DNA of 64,000 nt from Octopus vulgaris (Eukaryota): positions 20,088,001 to 20,152,000 of the forward strand of contig OX597834.1 in assembly GCA_951406725.2 (NCBI GenBank). Reading direction: 5' to 3'. Both the position numbers and the translations under genes were made by a program. Positions within the stretch are counted from its first letter, which is position 1, and each line of letters opens with the position of its first letter. Below, one piece after another: positions 56,335 through 64,000 of the stretch. The notes under the pieces are model-generated. The model made no database searches. It saw only the letters and a program-made list of their open reading frames with translations, and was not told the origin of the DNA.

Positions 56335-56641
56335 CAAAATGGGACAAGAACACAAAGCATCCGGACAACTAGGTGATACAAAAAAGGGAGAACAAAACAT
56401 CGAGATAGACGACACAAAGAAAACTAGGATGGGTCATTCGGAGTTTTCTTTCCTCCGTCTAGTTCCAGATTATCTTTGCAATTTCGGTTGGTTATACTTG
56501 AGATTGCTCCAATCTGGCAAGCCCCAAGGAAAAACTAAGCTAAGAGCATTAGATTCCTTGGAAGAAAGCAGCGAATGTATACGAAGACAAAGACGGAAAA
56601 AAATGGAGAATGTTACACAAATACAAATAACAGGACATAAC

Positions 56642-56711
<70 letters not shown>

Positions 56712-56712
<1 letters not shown>

Positions 56713-56881
56713 AATGACCTGTCTCCAACATGCTTAAAGTGTCGATGCCTTCAAAAAAACTACTGAGGTCTTTCTAATTTCCTCTTGCTAGTCTGCTTTC
56801 AGCCATGTGTATATTTAGCTGGAGATTTTGGTAGTTTTTTTAAGGTATCAGCACTTCAAACACGCTGGAGACAGGTCATTT
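56712..56881. repeat. Fold-back element / MITE, ~55-bp arms
   Basis: AAATGACCTGTCTCCA...AAAAAAACTAC pairs with GTAGTTTTTTT...TGGAGACAGGTCATTT. Confidence 0.88.
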
Positions 56882-57015
56882 TTGCCCTAGCACCCTTGAT
56901 ATAATTATGTACAAATGTACATTATTATTAATTTAATATATTAATTACCCATAAATTTTTATAGCAAGCTGACTACTTAATAAAAATCATTAATGTGATT
57001 TTTATCCTTATATTC

Positions 57016-57057
<42 letters not shown>

Positions 57058-57062
57058 CATAC

Positions 57063-57153
<91 letters not shown>

Positions 57154-57162
57154 CATACATAC

Positions 57163-57195
<33 letters not shown>

Positions 57196-57986
57196 AATAT
57201 ATTATATATATATACTTCCTGTTCTTTGAATATATACAGGTGAAACAATTGTGGCAACACCAAATAATCTATTTGTCTATTTTTACTTTATGTACATATA
57301 CATACATGCATACAAATATCTATACACACACACACACACACACACACATACATACACATATATTCTCAGATATATATATATAGCGTAACTATATCACCTG
57401 TCTGTCACGTAAATGCACTGATCTACACAGACAAATAGATGGATATGTGTTAATCGATCAATTGAACAAGATATTGAGAAAGAAAGAGAGAGAAAGAGAG
57501 AGAGAGGGAGGGAGAGAGAGAGAGCACTGGACAGATGTGCTATCAGCTGTGATTACTTTACAGACTCTGTCTGTTTGTCTGTCTGTCTGTCTGTTCAATA
57601 AACTGCTGATGCTGCTGAAGGTGAAGGTGATAACCAGAGGAGATGTGATGAGGGAGTGATGGTGGTGGAGGCAGCGGTGGTGGTGGTTGTGGCTGTGGCA
57701 GTGGTGGTGTTACCATTGCTGTTGTTGTTGGTGGTGGTTTGGGGTGGGGTTGCTGTTGTTGTGGTTGATGGTGGTGGTGGTGGTGGTGGTGGTGATGGTG
57801 GTGGTGGTGTGAATAGCAGTGTCAGAAAAAAAAAAGGAGTTGGGAAAGTTCCGATGTGACAGGGATGGGTATGGGAGCAGGATGGACATCGGTCACCAGA
57901 GAAAGGGGACGATGTTACAGACCAGCTAAATATTTGATGAAGATATCACGTTTGTTCATTATCGATCCTAGACTATCAGATTTGGG

Positions 57987-58077
<91 letters not shown>

Positions 58078-58137
58078 AAATGCTGCTACTGCTACTGCTT
58101 CTCCTACTTTTACTGCTACTACGATTACTACTCTTAA

Positions 58138-58174
<37 letters not shown>

Positions 58175-58274
58175 GAGGTCAACTTAACTGTTGTACTTCA
58201 ACTAGAGGAATGGTTATTTTCCTGTGGTGCTAAATGTGGATAGCTGTCTGTGTGTCCTTCAGACTAAGAATACT

Positions 58275-59285
<1,011 letters not shown>

Positions 59286-59662
59286 TAAGCATAAAAATTG
59301 GCAAATAAACAAATAGATTTAACAAAACACAAACAAAACAAGAGAAACAAAAGCGCCAGAGAGTTGACCATTGAATAGTGGTGACATTATTAGGATTGTC
59401 TCCTTGACATATATGGACAACCTTTAAGCCAGTTGGATCAATACCTGATGAGAATGCTATTGAGAACCCAGAGAATGCTTTTAACGGTGGTGGTGGTGAT
59501 GGTGGTAGTGGAAGAAGAGGAGGAGAGGTGCATTCTCAAAAATTGATGAAGCAGCATTTTACAGAATACATTGTGCTGTTTAATTTTTACTCATTCTGTT
59601 ATTCTCCTATTCTTGTATTAGTTTAACCCTTTAGTATTTGAACCGGCCATATCCAGCCAAAA

Positions 59663-59722
59663 CTTCCTTTGATATTGCTGCACCCCTTATGTGTCCATAG
59701 CTTACACCAGGTACATCTTATG
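59663..59722 (-). mobile_element. RTE-type LINE relic (Cys/His motif)
   Basis: IRCTWCKLWTHKGCSNIKG resembles the PHD-like C-x2-C-x4-H-x2-C motif downstream of RT in some RTE elements. Confidence 0.5.
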
Positions 59723-60014
59723 ATTGACACTGGGGTTGCACCTAGAAAGTTCCCCTCCAAGGCACAAGACCAGGCAAGGTTGTTTATGGGAGACCAACAG
59801 TCAACCATGCATACCAGCCTCTGCCCTCCATACCACTGATGTTATCCAGTGATGTCCTTATTCATATCTACAACTGAGTGAACTGGTGCAACATGGAATA
59901 AAGTGTCTTGCTCAAGAACAAAACACACAGCCTGGTTCACAATACCACAATTGTAAGCTTAATGTTCTAACCACTGAACTATCATCCTTCATGACATACA
60001 TATCAAAACATTAG

Positions 60015-60162
60015 CAAGTTCTGAGTTCAAATTCTGCCAAGGTCGACCTTGCCTTTCATCCTCTCAGGGTCAATATATTAAGTACCAGTTGCATACTGGG
60101 GTTAATCTAATCGACTGGCCCCCTCCCCAAAATTTCAGGCCTTGTGCCAAGAGTAGAAAAGG
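60015..60162 (+). mobile_element. SINE B variant
   Basis: TTCTGAGTTCAAATTC...GCCTTTCATCC...CCTCCCCAAAATTTCAGGCCTTGTGCC.AGAGTAGAAAAG. Confidence 0.8.
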
Positions 60163-60480
60163 ATATATATATTAAATATGCAATAATGAAATTATATATG
60201 TTCTGCACTTTATTGTGTTTTGTTATGCACATGATCCCTCAGTCAGGGGGTAAATTGTCTGGCATGCAACCAGTTTGAAGTGCAAAAAAGGTCAGGGACA
60301 GCTGCACTTTAGTGCATTTTGGTGTCTGTGCAACCTATATATTATACATGTATATACATTAAGATGTATCATGCTGTGTGTGACATATATATATAAACTA
60401 TACATTGTATATGCATTATAGTACATTACCGTGTGTGCAACATGTAGGATATATATATATATCTATACACTATATACAAT

Positions 60481-60525
<45 letters not shown>

Positions 60526-61067
60526 TATATATATGTGTGTGTGTGTGTAGATATAGATATCTATACCCTGTAGTATCAGTAAATGTATGTGACACACTGC
60601 CAAAAAAGAAAATGGTAAAAAATATATTGCAATATTAGATGCGTGACAATTATTACTATCATTTTCTGATGCGTTACCTTTTCCCTTGGTCATAAAAAGG
60701 CTTACTTGTTTGTTGTTTTTTATTATATTTGTGTTTTCTGCTTCAGAAGAAAGAATTTGGAATAATTTTAAAGACGTTTCTTTTTTTGTTTTTTTTTTTA
60801 TATGTTTGTTTGTTTATTTCTTTGTTATTGCTTTGTGTCTTTTCGTTTATGTTTATAATTATTTTTGGTGTCGACAAGGAAGGCAACCTCTAAGTCAGTT
60901 TCTATGTATATATTTTTTGGTGGGTTTTTTTTTTGTGTGTATTTATTTTTGATTTACTTTATATATGATAAATCTCATTTTTTTTTTCTGGCGGCAGATG
61001 GAGGTGGTGGAACAGAGGCAGTACTTGTGTGTGTGTGTGTGTGCATATGTGTATATATATGTGTGTA

Positions 61068-61100
<33 letters not shown>

Positions 61101-61133
61101 TAAGAGGGAGAGATAGACAGACAGGTAGGTAGG

Positions 61134-61167
<34 letters not shown>

Positions 61168-61173
61168 GGTAGG

Positions 61174-61267
<94 letters not shown>

Positions 61268-61734
61268 GGTAGGCAGGTAGGCAGACAGGTAGGCAGGTAG
61301 GTAGGTAGGTAGGTAGGTAGGTAGGTAGGTAGGTAGATAGTCAGACAGACACGTATTATAAATATAAACATATTCATATAAACATATTCATATAAACATA
61401 TATCTATGTATGCATACATATATCTCCATCTGCACATTTATCACACACACACACACACACACACATACACACACACATATATATACTCTCACACACACGC
61501 ATATACATGTTGCAATAAAATTCATATATATAAATATATGTGTATGTATGTCTATACATATGTGCATAACTATACATATAAACACCTGTGTGCATTGATA
61601 TATATCTACATATAACTTTGTTTTTTTGATATTATTTTATTCTACTGGATGTGTGTGTGTGTGTTTATCACATGCAGACATCAGTTAAACTCTAGTCTAG
61701 TCTAGTCTGTGACTCTATATTTCCAAATCAACAA

Positions 61735-61788
<54 letters not shown>

Positions 61789-62566
61789 TCTCCTTCTCCC
61801 CCTCTCTCTCCCTCTCCCTTTCGTTTTCATGTCTCTCTACATTTCAAACTTTATATTACACTAAACATGATATTTTGACATAAAACTTTTCAGAAATTTA
61901 CAAACTTGTCTTTGGCATTTTTTTGTTTTATGTTTTCTGTATGTGTTTGGTTTTTTTTTTCTTTTTGGTGGGGGGAGTGGGACTGAGATATATTTTTTTC
62001 TTTATGTTGTTATACTTGTTGGTGTGGTTTTTTATTACTATTCTTTTTTTTTTGTTGTTGCTAAGGGATGGAGGGAGGACACGTCCTCTATGCCATCTCT
62101 GTTTTCTTCTGATTAATGTTATATATTTCCCATTTGCTTATCATTTCTCCTTTGTACTACCTCTGTACTATTAAACACACACACACACAAACCCGCACTG
62201 AAGTTCACACATACACACTCACATACACAGACACACACATACACACACACAACCCCCCTCGCACTGAAGTTCACACATACACAGACGCGCACATACACCT
62301 GCACACAAGTACGCATGCACAAGCTCACATATATATACACACATGCACGCACAAACACACACATGCATATAAATACACACGCATTCACATACGACCACAC
62401 ATATGCACACGCATACATGAACACTTACACACACATACACCCAAGCACATACACATACTTACATGTACACAAACACACACATACGCATATACACATATGG
62501 ACATACCGACAAAAAAATTGTTTTTAATAAAATGTTTGTTTTTATTTGTACGTGGTTTTGTTGAGG

Positions 62567-62607
<41 letters not shown>

Positions 62608-63224
62608 CATCATCATCATTGAAGAATTAGAGGAAAAACAAAAATCAATAAATGTAGAGCGGGGTATTTTTTATGTCAGCAAGCTAGGGTGTGGAATGGT
62701 AAACAGGAAATAAACATAGGAAATAAAATTATTGACAATTCCCCTCTCCTTCTTCTTCTTCTTCTTTTTCTTCTTCTTCTTCTTCTTCTTCTTCTTATTA
62801 TTATTATTATCATTATCCTCATCATTATTATTATTATCATTATTATTACATTTTAGTTTTGCTTTAATTTATATGAGTTGCACCCAAATCTCAGCCAGAT
62901 ATGTCAGGGGACAACAAAGTTTTACATCTGAAAGTGTGTGTGTGAGGGAGGATTCTAAAAAATGTAGATTTTGGTATGAAAAACCCTTTGTAAGGCTTAG
63001 TAGTATTTTTCCAAAATCAAATAAAATACTTCAGGCTTTGCTCCGTTGTGGGTATTTGTGTTGTTACTTCAATAATCTCACCATTATCAGATTTGACTTT
63101 CACCTGTCTTGAATGGCTGAGAATTAAATACCAGTCAAGTACTGGGGTTCATTTAAGTCGCTCTGCATTCCTATTTTTATCTTTTGCTTGTTTCAGTCAT
63201 TGGACTGCGGCCATACTGACACAG

Positions 63225-63510
63225 CCCCATGGCAACTTAGTGTTGCCAGCTACTATCCCAGGCTCTGCTGCTCATCAGACTGAGAAAAACAAACTGTCAA
63301 GATATCGGTTACAACAGGTTTATTGTCAAGCCTGCGGCAGTCGAGACCTCTGGCATTCTTGGCCCCTGGACCATATCCCTACTCACTGCTATCAGGGCAG
63401 AGATTTCCTCTCTACAAGTGATGGCCCTGTTGGTTAAAGTGGCTGTTTCAGTGTGTCTCCTTCTCTGTCCTCCAGGGAAATGCCTTTTCCATTTTGTCTG
63501 CTGGTGCCAT
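63225..63510 (+). mobile_element. CRE-like (RLE-type) non-LTR retrotransposon C-terminal relic
   Basis: Frameshifted peptides PGSAAHQTEKNKLSRY / FIVKPAAVETSGILGP / KWLFQCVSFSVLQGNAFSIL match the GxAA..E..K..KY...F.P.AVET.G..GP...WL.Q..S..VQRGNA pattern. Confidence 0.7.
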
Positions 63511-63530
63511 GAGAATGGTAGGGGACACAA

Positions 63531-63763
63531 AGGTGGCGAGCTGGCAGAAATGTTAGCGCACCGGGCAAAATGCTTAGCGGTATTTCGTCTGTCGTTACGT
63601 TCTGAGTTCAAATTCCGCCGAGGTCGACTTTGCCTTTCATCCTCTCGGGGTCGATAATAAAGTATCAGTTTCGCACTGGGTCGATGTAATCGACTTAATC
63701 CCTTTGTCTGTCCTTGTTTGTCCCCTCTATGTCTAGCCCCCTGTGGGTAGTAAAGAAATAGGT
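63531..63763 (+). mobile_element. SINE family B, full-length young copy
   Basis: AGGTGGCGAGCTGGCAGAA (A-box-like), GAGTTCAAATTCC (B box), central GCCTTTCATCCTCTCGGGGTCGATAA, tail TAAAGAAATAGG. Confidence 0.9.
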
Positions 63764-64000
63764 AGGGAACAATTACATACACACACACATGACAAGATTC
63801 TTTCAGTTTCTATCTCTCATATCCACTGACAAGGCTTTGTTGAGCCTGGGGCTGTTATTAAAGACACTTGCCCAAGGTACCATACAGTGGGACTGAGCCA
63901 GAAACCAAGTGGTTGAAAGAAGTCAATTAACTCTGCACATATAAATATACATGTGTGTCTGTGTTTGTCTCCTTATCCTGACAGTTGGAGGATAGTCATA

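Noticed and set aside
59440-59480. CTGATGA hammerhead core box
   Set aside because: No stem II or GAAA box follows.
60564-60573. TACCCTGTAG, identical to the 5' end of miR-10
   Set aside because: The sequence diverges after 10 nt and there is no complementary star arm downstream.

Overview
AT-rich eukaryotic DNA that is almost entirely non-coding and densely packed with microsatellites and short transposable elements. The repeat families and composition resemble an octopus/coleoid cephalopod genome; this is inference from recognition, not a database search. No protein-coding gene can be called with confidence, and nearly all tracked ORFs are translations of simple repeats. The window holds dozens of copies of at least five tRNA-derived or LINE-tailed SINE families, relics of CR1-group, RTE and CRE-like LINEs, four non-autonomous Helitrons, one Helentron-like element, TTAA/piggyBac-type MITEs, several fold-back elements, minisatellites and recent tandem duplications. 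The most notable signals are: (i) several degenerate Penelope-type hammerhead ribozymes; (ii) a 35-bp-period array of the palindrome TTGACATGTCAA; (iii) a LINE 3' end that shares a covarying stem-loop with the dominant SINE; (iv) candidate recursive splice sites and one possible exon on the + strand, suggesting a very long intron; (v) non-repetitive blocks with clustered POU or homeodomain motifs.
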